Source of the DNA: Candidatus Latescibacterota bacterium
Lineage (GTDB): Bacteria; Latescibacterota; UBA2968; GCA-2709665
DNA: 64,000 nt
Reading direction: 5' to 3'
NCBI GenBank assembly: GCA_965219455.1
Contig: OZ244744.1
Coordinates: 864,001 to 928,000, forward strand
The notes beneath the pieces are model-generated. The model was not told where the DNA came from and made no database searches. It worked only from the letters and a program-made list of their open reading frames with translations. Of this stretch, positions 39,980 to 49,603 are shown piece after piece. The position numbers and the translations under genes were made by a program. The stretch's first letter is position 1, and each line of letters starts with the position of its first letter.

Positions 39980-40951
39980 CTACCCGTATACCGTCTGTAT
40001 CAACGCACGGATATAACCCACGGCGTATGCATGCCCCGCCCGTTGCCTTTCGTCTCCATCGATGCGGGGGGTATGGTCCATCATGAACGGCCCGCGAAAT
40101 CCAACCTGTTTGTAGACCTCCATCGCCCGGTGCATATTCACGTCGCCCTCATCCAGAAACACCTCCTGGAAACAGGGCAGGGCCCCCCGCACGTTTCTGA
40201 AATGCACGAATACAATCTTGTTGCGGATTCCCATTTCGCGGATGGTTTCATAGACGTCCACGCCCATTTCAGTCACGCAGCCCTGGCAGAACAGCATCCC
40301 GTTGCTGTCGCCCGGCGCGGCCGCAAAGATCCGGCGGTAATGGTCCAGCGTGGACACAACCTGGGCAACGCCGCCGAGCGGTTCGGGGATGGGCGGGTCA
40401 TCCGGATGCAGCGCCATCCGTACCCCCGCCGCCTCGGCCGCCGGTATCGCCCTTTTCAGAAAATACGCCATATTCTCCCAGATATCCGCCTCGCCCACCG
40501 GAGGATCGCGCGGTTCGGGCCTGTTCCGGGAAAACGCCTGATAATCGAACGTACTGTATAAGGACCCGCCCCGCCCGGGTGGCGCGGACGCGGTGCGGAA
40601 ATTGCCCATCGGCTTGAAATTGTAACCCAGCGCGGGAATGCCCACCTCGCCCATACAACGCAACATCCGACACCACGCTTCGAGCTTATCGTCGCGATCG
40701 GGAAGGCCATACGCGAGTTCATCCCACCCCGCCATAAAGATACTGTTCAACGCCATGCCGTGGACTTCCACCTTTTTTCTTGCGGATTCAAAGAACGGCC
40801 TGCTGTCCCGGCCGTCGCGCAGATCCATCGAAGCATCCGACCTGTGCATCGAGCGTATATCCAGGCAAATCATGTCCGCACCGATAGCCCGTGAAAAACG
40901 CAGCGTTTCATCGTTGAAATTATCCCAGGCGACGTGATCCTGAATCGTCAT
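39980..40951 (-). CDS. uxuA: Mannonate dehydratase-like protein (paralog 2)
   Basis: LHPDDPP, FCQG, VHFRN, DHTP motifs. Confidence 0.78.
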   Translation of the reverse strand: MTIQDHVAWDNFNDETLRFSRAIGADMICLDIRSMHRSDASMDLRDGRDSRPFFESARKKVEVHGMALNSIFMAGWDELAYGLPDRDDKLEAWCRMLRCMGEVGIPALGYNFKPMGNFRTASAPPGRGGSLYSTFDYQAFSRNRPEPRDPPVGEADIWENMAYFLKRAIPAAEAAGVRMALHPDDPPIPEPLGGVAQVVSTLDHYRRIFAAAPGDSNGMLFCQGCVTEMGVDVYETIREMGIRNKIVFVHFRNVRGALPCFQEVFLDEGDVNMHRAMEVYKQVGFRGPFMMDHTPRIDGDERQRAGHAYAVGYIRALIQTVYG

Positions 40952-40962
40952 GTCCGTGGTCC

Positions 40963-42105
40963 TCACGGCAATAGCGGCGAAATGCCGAACAACTCCGAAT
41001 CCCCTTCATCCACTTTGCCCATACACATATCGGCAAGCATCTCACCAATCGCGGAAGAAAACTTGAACCCGTGCCCCGAGCACGGCGAGGCGACAATCAC
41101 CTGCTCGTAGTCGGGATGGAAATCCACCAGCCACCTGGAATCCGGAAGATTCGTGTACATGCACACGTGGCTCTCCGTGACAGGCCCCGCCGCGTCCGGT
41201 ATGAATCGTTCCACCAGTGGACGAATCTGAGCCTCGTCATCCGGGGATGTGTGCCGGGCGAGCGTTTCCGGGTCTGCCCCGACGCGCCCGCGGTGCATCC
41301 CCGCCTTGAAGCCGGGACCGAAATCCGGCTGACAATAGAACGAAACACCGTTCTCGCACACCCACGAATTATTCGGACATCGCCCCGGCGCAAACATTCC
41401 CGGGTTCCGTAGCGGACGAAAAAAAAACAGCGTCATCCGCTCGATTTCGACAGGGAGCGCCAGGTCCGCCAGGAGCCGGGAGACCCAGGCCCCCGCGCAG
41501 ACGACCAGCCTGCCCGCCGAAATTTCACCCGACTGCAATTTCACGCGCACCGCGCGTCCGTCGGGCGCCCAGTCCAATACCGGGCAGTTGAAATTAAGTT
41601 CCGCCCCCGCGGCTTCCGCCTGTTTCAGATGCGCGTCTATACACGCCTCCGGGAAAACGGCGCCCGCCCTCGGCTCATAGATTCCCTCCCAGCCGTCTTC
41701 GACCCGGAACATGGGATACCGCCGTCGCACCTCTTCCGCGGAGACTGGCTCGACCGGAATATCAAAGGCCTCGGCGCTTGCCAGAACACCGAGGCGTTCG
41801 TCTCCTCCCGGCGGTCGCATAGACAGGTGGCCGTAGGTCTTGACCAGTTCGGTGCCGCTTTCTTCCTGCAGCGTTTCCCACAGCGCGTAGGCGCGCCGGA
41901 CCAAATCGACGTAAGCCGGCCCGCTGGCATAGGCCTCCCGGATCACCCGCGCATGACCGTGCGACGAACCTTGGGCGTGGGGCGGATGAAACCGGTCGAA
42001 ACCGGCCACCCGCCTTCCGCGCTTTGCCAGATGGTACACGGCCGCACTGCCCATTGCGCCCAGTCCGGCCACAACCACGTCGAACGTCGACCCGCCGTTA
42101 ATCAT
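40963..42105 (-). CDS. solA: Monomeric sarcosine / N-methyl-tryptophan oxidase family
   Basis: GLGAMG, 'GSSHGHARVIR', 'CMYT', 'CSGHGFKF'. Confidence 0.88.
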   Translation of the reverse strand: MINGGSTFDVVVAGLGAMGSAAVYHLAKRGRRVAGFDRFHPPHAQGSSHGHARVIREAYASGPAYVDLVRRAYALWETLQEESGTELVKTYGHLSMRPPGGDERLGVLASAEAFDIPVEPVSAEEVRRRYPMFRVEDGWEGIYEPRAGAVFPEACIDAHLKQAEAAGAELNFNCPVLDWAPDGRAVRVKLQSGEISAGRLVVCAGAWVSRLLADLALPVEIERMTLFFFRPLRNPGMFAPGRCPNNSWVCENGVSFYCQPDFGPGFKAGMHRGRVGADPETLARHTSPDDEAQIRPLVERFIPDAAGPVTESHVCMYTNLPDSRWLVDFHPDYEQVIVASPCSGHGFKFSSAIGEMLADMCMGKVDEGDSELFGISPLLP

Positions 42106-42112
42106 AAAAGGG

Positions 42113-42141
42113 ATAATGTAGCCCGTCCCGGACAAAGTCAA
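42113..42141 (-). promoter_or_regulatory. Sigma70-like promoter, possibly leaderless
   Basis: TTGACT-N17-CATTAT, 7 nt before the ATG at 42105. Confidence 0.4.
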
Positions 42142-42195
42142 GCGCAGAATGAGAGGAGCGCCGACCGGCGTCTTTTCTTGACTTTCCCGACCCGA

Positions 42196-43560
42196 CTACC
42201 CGCTCAGACGGTTCAGGACATTGCGGGTGATCTGCGCCACCGGACTGCTATTTCGGTAGAGGCCGTGCGACCATTCCATGGTTGCCGCCGTGAAGACCGT
42301 CCCCTTGAACTCGGTCTCGTTGACCGCGACGGTCGCATAGAACCGGTCATAGTGAATGCCGAGGTCCGCGTTGAATCCGTGGTCCTCGGCGTCTCCGATG
42401 GCTATGATCCGGTAGTGCGGGCTGACTCCGTCGCTGCCGGTGAAGTATGGCTTTCCATCCCTGAACTCAATGTCGCCGCCGTCGCACTCCACGCCGACAA
42501 TCGAGTCCTCTCGTCCGAACTCGTCCCCTTCACCCAACCCGGTCGCTTCGAACGCCCAGTGGTCGGGACGGCTCACGCGGAAAAATCCGTACTCCCCGGT
42601 TGTGGGCGCAATAAACACACCGGGAACCCGGGTTTTCGCGTTGACGGCCGCCGAATACGATACCCCGATCGTGCGTTGGCGCAAATTGTCGATCCCACGC
42701 AGCAAGGAGGTGTGCGGGTCTTCAGGGGTACCGAGCGGATGCTTTTTGTACCGGGTCTTGGCACAGTACAGCTGGCGTCCGTCAGCCCGGGTCTCCACGA
42801 GGTGCGAGAACGAGTTGCCCGCGAACACCATCAGGTTCCCGCCGCGGGCAACGAACCGCTGGAGCTGTTCACATTCTTCGCGGCTGGTATACTCGCCGTG
42901 GCCGATCCGTAGATGTGCGGAATAGCCGTCGAGAATATCCGGTTCGCGATCGTGATCCGCGTTAACACAGTAGTCTACCTGATAACCTTCGGCGTCCAGC
43001 CACGATGTGATGAACTGGTCCCAGGCGTAGAATCCGCCCATGATGTCCGGCTGTAGCGGTCGCTCAAAACTCACCAGGTCGCTGTGGATCCGGCCGGTAG
43101 ACAGGTAGTGGAAAAGGCTCTTGCCGCCCACGGGGTTATACGCCGCGTAGGTATTGGTTTCAATGGTCAGAAGAACCGGCGCGGTGGGAACGCGTGGACG
43201 AACCACGAACAGGATCTCGCGAATCCCCTGGGCGGTGGGAAAGGTGGCAATGTAGACGCCGCTCTGCCAGTCGTTGGGTACCCGGAATCCCACCGTCGCG
43301 GGCCAGTCGAATCCGTCGCGGTATCCGAATTCGGGAATCGGAGGAAGTCCGCCCCGCAGGTTGGCGATCTCCTTAACGAGACGCCGCCCGGCGCCTTCAT
43401 GGTACACGAACACATCGTAGTACGATCTGGAATTCGATATGTGGAATGTGATTTCCTCTCCCTGAAACACACTCAGGGGGCAGGCGTATCCACCTTCCCT
43501 CAGCTTCCAGTACCGGGTCGCGTCCTGTTCGTAGTGGGCGAAAATGTGTTCGCGTTTCAT
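42196..43560 (-). CDS. N,N-dimethylformamidase large-subunit family protein
   Basis: Start MKREHIFAH; 'WQSGVY', 'TNTYAAYN..GGKSL', 'VSFERP', 'GHGEY', 'GTVFTAATMEW'. Confidence 0.75.
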   Translation of the reverse strand: MKREHIFAHYEQDATRYWKLREGGYACPLSVFQGEEITFHISNSRSYYDVFVYHEGAGRRLVKEIANLRGGLPPIPEFGYRDGFDWPATVGFRVPNDWQSGVYIATFPTAQGIREILFVVRPRVPTAPVLLTIETNTYAAYNPVGGKSLFHYLSTGRIHSDLVSFERPLQPDIMGGFYAWDQFITSWLDAEGYQVDYCVNADHDREPDILDGYSAHLRIGHGEYTSREECEQLQRFVARGGNLMVFAGNSFSHLVETRADGRQLYCAKTRYKKHPLGTPEDPHTSLLRGIDNLRQRTIGVSYSAAVNAKTRVPGVFIAPTTGEYGFFRVSRPDHWAFEATGLGEGDEFGREDSIVGVECDGGDIEFRDGKPYFTGSDGVSPHYRIIAIGDAEDHGFNADLGIHYDRFYATVAVNETEFKGTVFTAATMEWSHGLYRNSSPVAQITRNVLNRLSG

Positions 43561-43813
43561 ACTGTTTCTCTCTTGTGGTTGGCGTAATGGTCTCTTGGCG
43601 CAGTACAAGTTACAAGAGGCCGGCGGCGGACCAAAGGTCCTGGCGAGTTTCCTGAACGGCAGCACGGTTGCTGAAACAACCTCTTGGGAAAGATAATTGG
43701 CCTTCGTATCTTGAGGGCGCATTCTTCTGGCGTGATGAAGACGGATTACATACAGCCTACCGCGACTCTGAGCGGACTGTTATGGAAATTAACCTTCAAT
43801 GAGGAGTTTATCG

Positions 43814-44839
43814 ATGAAACTGATCAAAATTCGTTCGCTCATACTTGCTCTGGCCGGGTTTGCAATAACCGGGCATAGTCAAGCAGGCACACTTGATGAC
43901 GTACGTGCAAAAGGACACCTTCAATGTGGTATCAATACAGGGTTGGCGGGCTTTGCTTTTACTGACGATCAAGGTAACTGGAGAGGATTTGACGTCGCAC
44001 TTTGTGAAGGTGTTGCAGCAGCGGTATTTGGCGACGCATCAAAGGTCAAATACACCAACTTGACTGGAAAGACCCGCTTTGAGGCGCTCAAAGCAGGTGA
44101 AATTGACATGCTTTCCAGAAACACGACATGGACGTACAGTCGAGACGTTGATCTCAAACTGACTTTTCTGGGAGTGAGTTTCTACGACGGACAAGGGTTT
44201 ATGGTTCCCGCATCGTTAGGTGTGTCCAGCGCAACCGAACTCGATGGCGCTTCGGTGTGTATTCAGACCGGTACGACTACGGAACTGAATCTGGCCGATT
44301 TTTTCCGACGTAACGAAATGAATTACGAGCCTGTTCCAATTGAATCGAATGAAGAAGCACGTCAGAATTACCTTAGTGGACGATGCGACGTCTATACGAC
44401 AGACCGTTCGGGACTTGTCGCAACTCGTGCAGCTTTTGACCATCCGGATGACCACGTTGTTCTGCCGGAAATCGTATCCAAAGAACCCTTGGGGCCACTC
44501 GTTCGACACGGCGATGATGAATGGGGTGACGTGGTTCGCTGGGTACTGAACGTCCTGATCATCGCCGAAGAAAAGGGGATAACTTCAGACAATGTCGCTG
44601 AAATAGCTGGTCAAATGAGCAAAGACGCTGAAATCAGTAGAATGCTCGGATCAGAAGGCAAATACGGCGCAATGCTCGGATTGAGTGCTGACTGGGTTGT
44701 TAACGTCATTTCTTCGGTTGGTAACTACGGCGAAATATTCGAACGATACCTTGGTGTGAACACCGACATCGGACTTGAAAGAGGTGTAAATGCTCTGTGG
44801 ACCGATGGTGGCTTGTTATACGCCCCTCCATACCGGTAA
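43814..44839 (+). CDS. aapJ: General L-amino acid ABC transporter substrate-binding protein
   Basis: 'LSRNTTWT', 'YDGQGFMV', 'SKEPLGP', 'VGNYGEIF', 'YAPP'; GAGGAG RBS. Confidence 0.93.
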   Translation: MKLIKIRSLILALAGFAITGHSQAGTLDDVRAKGHLQCGINTGLAGFAFTDDQGNWRGFDVALCEGVAAAVFGDASKVKYTNLTGKTRFEALKAGEIDMLSRNTTWTYSRDVDLKLTFLGVSFYDGQGFMVPASLGVSSATELDGASVCIQTGTTTELNLADFFRRNEMNYEPVPIESNEEARQNYLSGRCDVYTTDRSGLVATRAAFDHPDDHVVLPEIVSKEPLGPLVRHGDDEWGDVVRWVLNVLIIAEEKGITSDNVAEIAGQMSKDAEISRMLGSEGKYGAMLGLSADWVVNVISSVGNYGEIFERYLGVNTDIGLERGVNALWTDGGLLYAPPYR

Positions 44840-44849
44840 GTCAATCTAA

Positions 44850-44933
44850 GAAGCTGTTTAAAAATTCCCAGCGGTCTTCGCGCGGCTGCAAAAGCGTCGG
44901 TCGGGAACTCACCGGTAATTTTCAAACAGCTTC
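44850..44933. mobile_element. MITE family A, internally deleted 84-bp copy
   Basis: GAAGCTGTTTAAAAAT...TTTTCAAACAGCTTC; flanks TAA/CAA; interior matches the two ends of the 188-bp copies. Confidence 0.8.
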
Positions 44934-45021
44934 CAAGAAGATGGTGCATGCAATCTGCATGCACCATCATTATTCGAGCCCCACACAGAAACAATTCATC
45001 GACGGTATTTCCGTGTGAGTT

Positions 45022-46179
45022 ATGCTGGGAAACCTCTGGAGTGAAAAAAAGCCTCGGCAACTGATCATTCAGATCATTGCGATCATCGTCGTACTGTCGC
45101 TGGCCGGCTTTTTCGTTCGCAATACGCTCAACAATCTCGAACTGATTGGCAGAGACGTCAGTTACGAATTTCTGTTTACACCATCCAACTACGACATCAA
45201 TCAACATCTGATCGAATACGATTCGCGCAGCACTCATCTTCGAGCAACTATTGTCGGTGTCATCAATACGGCTTTGGTTGCTTTTTTTGGTATCATACTC
45301 GCAACCTCAATTGGATTTACCGCGGGTGTCGCGCGCTTGTCCACAAACTTCCTGGTCAACAAGATTTCTTACGTATTCGTTGAATTCAGCCGTAATGTTC
45401 CGGTTCTGCTGTGGATATTATTGTGTCATGGGGTGATTGTTCACAGCCTGCCTCACCCCAGGCAAGCTTTGTCGGCGTACGATATGTTTTTTCTGGCCAA
45501 TCGCGGTGTCTATTCGCCGAAACCAATATTCGAACCTGCGTTTTGGGGTGTCATTGCGGTGCTGATTGTTGCTATTGGCGGCGCCTGTTACTTTTGCCGG
45601 TTCGCAAAACAAAAACAGGAACTGACCGGACAACGGTATCCGGTGTACTGGACTAACGTCTCGATGATCATTGCGCTTCCGCTGCTGGCGTTTTGGCTTC
45701 TCGGGTTTCCGGTTGAATTCCAATTTCCCGCGTTTGAAAAGTTTAACTTTAAAGGCGGGTTGGTCTTGAGTCCGGAGTTTCTCGCATTAACACTTGCGCT
45801 CGGGGTTTATACGGGGGCTTTCATCGCTGAAATTGTCAGAGCGGGTATCTTAGCCGTCAGTTACGGCCAGACCGAAGCCTCTTACGCATTGGGTATTAAA
45901 CCGAATTTCACCATGCGGCTAATCATATTGCCGCAAGCACTGCGGACGATCGTCCCGCCTTTAATCAGCCAGTATCTTAATTTAACCAAGAATTCATCTC
46001 TTGCTATCGCAGTCGGGTATATGGATGTCGTGGCAACTATTGGTGGTATTTCGCTTAACCAGACTGGCCGTGCATTGGAATGCATGTCCATTGTACTGGC
46101 CATTTATCTTTTCATCTCTTTGTCGATATCCGCGTTCATGAACTGGTACAACCAGAGAATTTCACTGGTGGAGCGATGA
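45022..46179 (+). CDS. aapQ: Amino acid ABC transporter permease
   Basis: 'SPEFLAL', 'AEIVRAGI', 'QYLNLTKNSSLA'. Confidence 0.92.
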   Translation: MLGNLWSEKKPRQLIIQIIAIIVVLSLAGFFVRNTLNNLELIGRDVSYEFLFTPSNYDINQHLIEYDSRSTHLRATIVGVINTALVAFFGIILATSIGFTAGVARLSTNFLVNKISYVFVEFSRNVPVLLWILLCHGVIVHSLPHPRQALSAYDMFFLANRGVYSPKPIFEPAFWGVIAVLIVAIGGACYFCRFAKQKQELTGQRYPVYWTNVSMIIALPLLAFWLLGFPVEFQFPAFEKFNFKGGLVLSPEFLALTLALGVYTGAFIAEIVRAGILAVSYGQTEASYALGIKPNFTMRLIILPQALRTIVPPLISQYLNLTKNSSLAIAVGYMDVVATIGGISLNQTGRALECMSIVLAIYLFISLSISAFMNWYNQRISLVER

Positions 46180-46183
46180 ACTG

Positions 46184-47302
46184 ATGACGCAGAGTTCACC
46201 CAGGCAGGATATGCATCAAGAGTTGCCACCACCGAGGACCCAGGTTGGTGTAGCTGGTTGGATTCGCGGAAATTTATTTTCGAGCCCGATCGATATCGTA
46301 CTGACAGCGTTGTCGATCTACTTGCTGTACGAGATTATTCCGCCCATTGCCAATTGGATGTTCTTCGACGCGGTATTTGCAGAAGTCGAACACCGAAGAG
46401 AATGTCGGGAAATCGCAGCGGGTGCTTGTTGGTCAGTTGTGAGGATACGATTTGATCAGTTTATGTACGGATTTTATCCGGAGCATTTGCGCTGGCGAGT
46501 CAATCTGTCGTTTGTGTTGCTTTTCGTCGCCCTGATTCCGCTACTGTATGACCGTGTCAAAGGGCGGAAATATTTGCTCTGGTTTACATTGATCTATCCG
46601 GTATCCGCGTTCTGTATGCTGTGGGGTGGGTGGTTTGGACTGGAACATGTCGAGTCATCTAAATTTGGCGGTTTCTTGCTGACAGTGCTGATTGGCGTGA
46701 CTGGAATTGCCGTTTCTCTTCCACTTGGAATTGCGCTGTCGCTGGGACGTCACTCGTCAATGCCAGTTGTTAAGACGCTCAGCATCTGGTACATCGAATT
46801 TATACGTGGCGTACCGCTGATCACTTTGCTGTTCGTCGCCTCAACGCTTTTGAATTATTTCATGCCACCTGGTACGTACTTTGATCTGTTACTTCGCGTC
46901 ATCATTATGGTGATCATGTTTTCGGCTGCATATATCGCCGAAGTCGTTCGAGGCGGTCTGGCAGCAATTCCGCAGGGACAGTTCGAAGCAGCTGATGCAC
47001 TGGGTCTGAACTATGCAAAAAGCATTCGGTTGATCATATTGCCTCAAGCACTGAAAATATCCATACCTGGTATCGTGAATACCTTTATCGGACTGTATAA
47101 AGATACGACCCTGGTAGTCGTTGTCGGCCTCCTTGATCCTCTCGGAATCGGCCGCGCAGCGCTTGCCGACTCAAAATGGCAGGGATTATCGACTGAACTG
47201 TACATATTCGTTGCGATGGGTTTCTTCATATCATGTTTTGCCATGTCGCGATATTCGCTCTACCTTGAACGTAAGCTGGATACCGGCTACAAAAACGATT
47301 AG
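46184..47302 (+). CDS. aapM: Amino acid ABC transporter permease
   Basis: 'IRGVPLITLLF', 'AEVVRGGL', 'GQFEAA', 'KDTTLV'. Confidence 0.92.
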   Translation: MTQSSPRQDMHQELPPPRTQVGVAGWIRGNLFSSPIDIVLTALSIYLLYEIIPPIANWMFFDAVFAEVEHRRECREIAAGACWSVVRIRFDQFMYGFYPEHLRWRVNLSFVLLFVALIPLLYDRVKGRKYLLWFTLIYPVSAFCMLWGGWFGLEHVESSKFGGFLLTVLIGVTGIAVSLPLGIALSLGRHSSMPVVKTLSIWYIEFIRGVPLITLLFVASTLLNYFMPPGTYFDLLLRVIIMVIMFSAAYIAEVVRGGLAAIPQGQFEAADALGLNYAKSIRLIILPQALKISIPGIVNTFIGLYKDTTLVVVVGLLDPLGIGRAALADSKWQGLSTELYIFVAMGFFISCFAMSRYSLYLERKLDTGYKND

Positions 47303-47489
47303 AAGCTGTTTTAAAATCCCCGGTGAGTTCCCGAGCGCGAGCGAAAAAGTGGCGGTCAAGGCGGGAGAATCCTCCCATATCTAATGTGTCGAGGCTGCGC
47401 GCCCCTCGCCTCTCTTGGGTGGATTTGACCAACGCAGACCGGCGCTTTTGCAGCCGCGCGAAGACCGCTGAGGATTTTAAAACAGCTTC
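47302..47489. mobile_element. MITE family A, full 188-bp copy (IS5/IS1031-like ends)
   Basis: TIR GAAGCTGTTTTAAAATCC...GGATTTTAAAACAGCTTC; perfect TTA duplication at 47299-47301 and 47490-47492. Confidence 0.88.
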
Positions 47490-47504
47490 TTAAAGGATTC
47501 TCAA

Positions 47505-48284
47505 ATGACGAATGACGCAACAAACACAGCTGTCAGCGAACGCGATGACCGAATTGCGATCGAAATTACAGACATGCACAAGTGGTTTGGTAAGTTCCAC
47601 GTCTTGAAAGACATCAATCTCACCGTTGAGCGCGGAGAAAGAATCGTAATTTGTGGTCCCTCAGGTTCTGGCAAATCAACGCTGATCCGCTGCATCAACC
47701 ACCTGGAGGAACATCAACGCGGGCACATCACGGTTGATGGAATATCGCTAACCGACAATCTAAAGAATATCGCAGACATCCGGCGAGAAGTTGGCATGGT
47801 GTTTCAGCAGTTTAATTTGTTTCCTCATCTTACAGTCCTGGAGAACTGCACACTGGCGCCAATTTGGGCGAGAAAGTTGCCTAGACAGGAAGCTGAAGAA
47901 ATAGCGATGAGGTATTTGAAGCGGGTACGAATTCCAGAACAGGCGTCGAAGTATCCCGGTCAACTGTCGGGCGGTCAACAGCAACGCGTCGCAATCGCTC
48001 GTAGTTTGTGCATGAACCCAAAGATCATGTTATTTGACGAACCGACTTCAGCACTGGACCCGGAGATGATCAAAGAAGTGCTTGACGTTATGATTCAGCT
48101 CGCACAAAGCGGCATGACGATGCTGGTGGTCACGCACGAAATGGGATTTGCAAAAACTGTCGCTAATCGCGTTATATTCATGGACGAAGGGCAAATTATC
48201 GAAGAGAATAATCCAGACGAGTTTTTCGACAATCCACAAAACGACCGAACCAAGCTGTTCCTCAGTCAGATCCTGTCACAATAA
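47505..48284 (+). CDS. aapP: Amino acid ABC transporter ATP-binding protein
   Basis: [27 protein letters not shown]. Confidence 0.93.
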   Translation: MTNDATNTAVSERDDRIAIEITDMHKWFGKFHVLKDINLTVERGERIVICGPSGSGKSTLIRCINHLEEHQRGHITVDGISLTDNLKNIADIRREVGMVFQQFNLFPHLTVLENCTLAPIWARKLPRQEAEEIAMRYLKRVRIPEQASKYPGQLSGGQQQRVAIARSLCMNPKIMLFDEPTSALDPEMIKEVLDVMIQLAQSGMTMLVVTHEMGFAKTVANRVIFMDEGQIIEENNPDEFFDNPQNDRTKLFLSQILSQ

Positions 48285-48287
48285 ACA

Positions 48288-48317
48288 GAACCGGCGGCTC
48301 GAATGAGCCGCCGGTTC
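48288..48317. terminator. Hairpin terminator between aapP and fabZ
   Basis: GAACCGGCGGCTC-GAAT-GAGCCGCCGGTTC perfect 13-bp stem. Confidence 0.75.
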
Positions 48318-48349
48318 ACAATCTGGAAATGTACTTCGCCTCGCCTTTC

Positions 48350-48778
48350 TCAGGTCGCGCTGTCCGCCGGGACGAGTGCCGCCATCATCTCCGCTTCCGC
48401 GACGAGGTTGTCACCCACGAATGCCTTGCCGGCCACGCGTGCCACGTTCCGCCTTCTCCGCAACACCTCCACCTCCAGTCGCAACTGATCGCCCGGTGTA
48501 ACCGGACGCCTGAACCGGGCTTTATCGATGCCCATAAACATGGGGATCAGACCGGACTCGTCTCCCATTAAGACACCCGCCGTCTGTGCAAGCGCTTCCA
48601 CAATCAAAACGCCCGGCATCACCGGCCGCCCCGGGAAATGGCCGGCAAAGAAGGGCTCGTTGGCGGTGACGTTTTTGAGCCCCACCACCCTGCGGTCCGG
48701 CACCAGTTCGAGTATCCGGTCCACCAGAAGGAACGGGTATCGATGCGGCAAAATCCTCTGTATCGCTTCGGCGTCCAT
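48350..48778 (-). CDS. fabZ: 3-hydroxyacyl-ACP dehydratase
   Basis: LPHRYPFLLVD, GHFPGRPVMPGVLIVEALAQ. Confidence 0.96.
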   Translation of the reverse strand: MDAEAIQRILPHRYPFLLVDRILELVPDRRVVGLKNVTANEPFFAGHFPGRPVMPGVLIVEALAQTAGVLMGDESGLIPMFMGIDKARFRRPVTPGDQLRLEVEVLRRRRNVARVAGKAFVGDNLVAEAEMMAALVPADSAT

Positions 48779-48813
48779 CACAGCCGACCATCCTCCCATC
48801 TTTCAACGGACTG

Positions 48814-49392
48814 CTAACGCTGCCGCATCGGACCCGTGCGGGCTTTCTGTTTGTCTCCAGCCTCCAGGTCTTTGTTCAATTCGTCCAGCACCTTCTGCGT
48901 CAGGTTGTATTCATCGTTGAAATACACCACGGAAGTCGCATTGAGCACAAAGTCGTAACCGTCTTCCTTGGCCACCTGAGAAATCACCTCGTTGACGCGT
49001 TTCAGCAATGGCGTAAGCAATTCCTGCTGTTTGAGCGCCAGTTTACCCCGTTCGGGATCGGTGATCTGGGCAAGAAACCGCTGTAAATCCTCCTCCTGCC
49101 TTTTCAACGCCTGCTCCTCTTCCCGCCTCCGATTCTCCATGTACATCACCTTCTGCCGCTCAAAGGTGGTCTGCTTCTTCCTCAATGTGCTCTCAAGCGC
49201 TTTGAGTTCCTTCTGAAGTTCCCCTTCATACTGGTTGTATTCTCTTTCGGCCTCCTGAAAAGGCTTGTATTTCGTTCGGATCTCGTTCGGATCAAAAAAG
49301 GCGATCTTCGCCTGTGCTCGCGCCGTGGACACCACCACGAAACACGCCATCAGGCCGCATACGGAAACCAGGAAGCGATGTCTCAAGTCCAT
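48814..49392 (-). CDS. skp: Periplasmic chaperone Skp/OmpH
   Basis: Signal peptide, KIAF, coiled coil, 'VAKEDGYDFVL', 'NLTQKVL'; follows bamA. Confidence 0.88.
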   Translation of the reverse strand: MDLRHRFLVSVCGLMACFVVVSTARAQAKIAFFDPNEIRTKYKPFQEAEREYNQYEGELQKELKALESTLRKKQTTFERQKVMYMENRRREEEQALKRQEEDLQRFLAQITDPERGKLALKQQELLTPLLKRVNEVISQVAKEDGYDFVLNATSVVYFNDEYNLTQKVLDELNKDLEAGDKQKARTGPMRQR

Positions 49393-49415
49393 TTTAAATC
49401 TCCCTCCAACGTTTG

Positions 49416-49603
49416 GAAGCTGTCTTAAAACCCCCAGCGGTCTTCGCGCGGCTGCAAAAGCGTCGGTCTGCGTTGGTCAAATCCACCCAAGAGAGGCGAG
49501 GGGCGCGCAGCCTCGACACATCAGCTACGGGCGCCTTTGCCCGCCTTTCCCGACACATTTTCGCGCGCGCTCGGGACGCTACCAGGTATTTTAAGACAAC
49601 TTC
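49416..49603. mobile_element. MITE family A, full 188-bp copy (inverted relative to 47302)
   Basis: GAAGCTGTCTTAAAAC...ATTTTAAGACAACTTC; flanks TTG/TTA; interior is the reverse complement of the 47302 copy. Confidence 0.88.
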
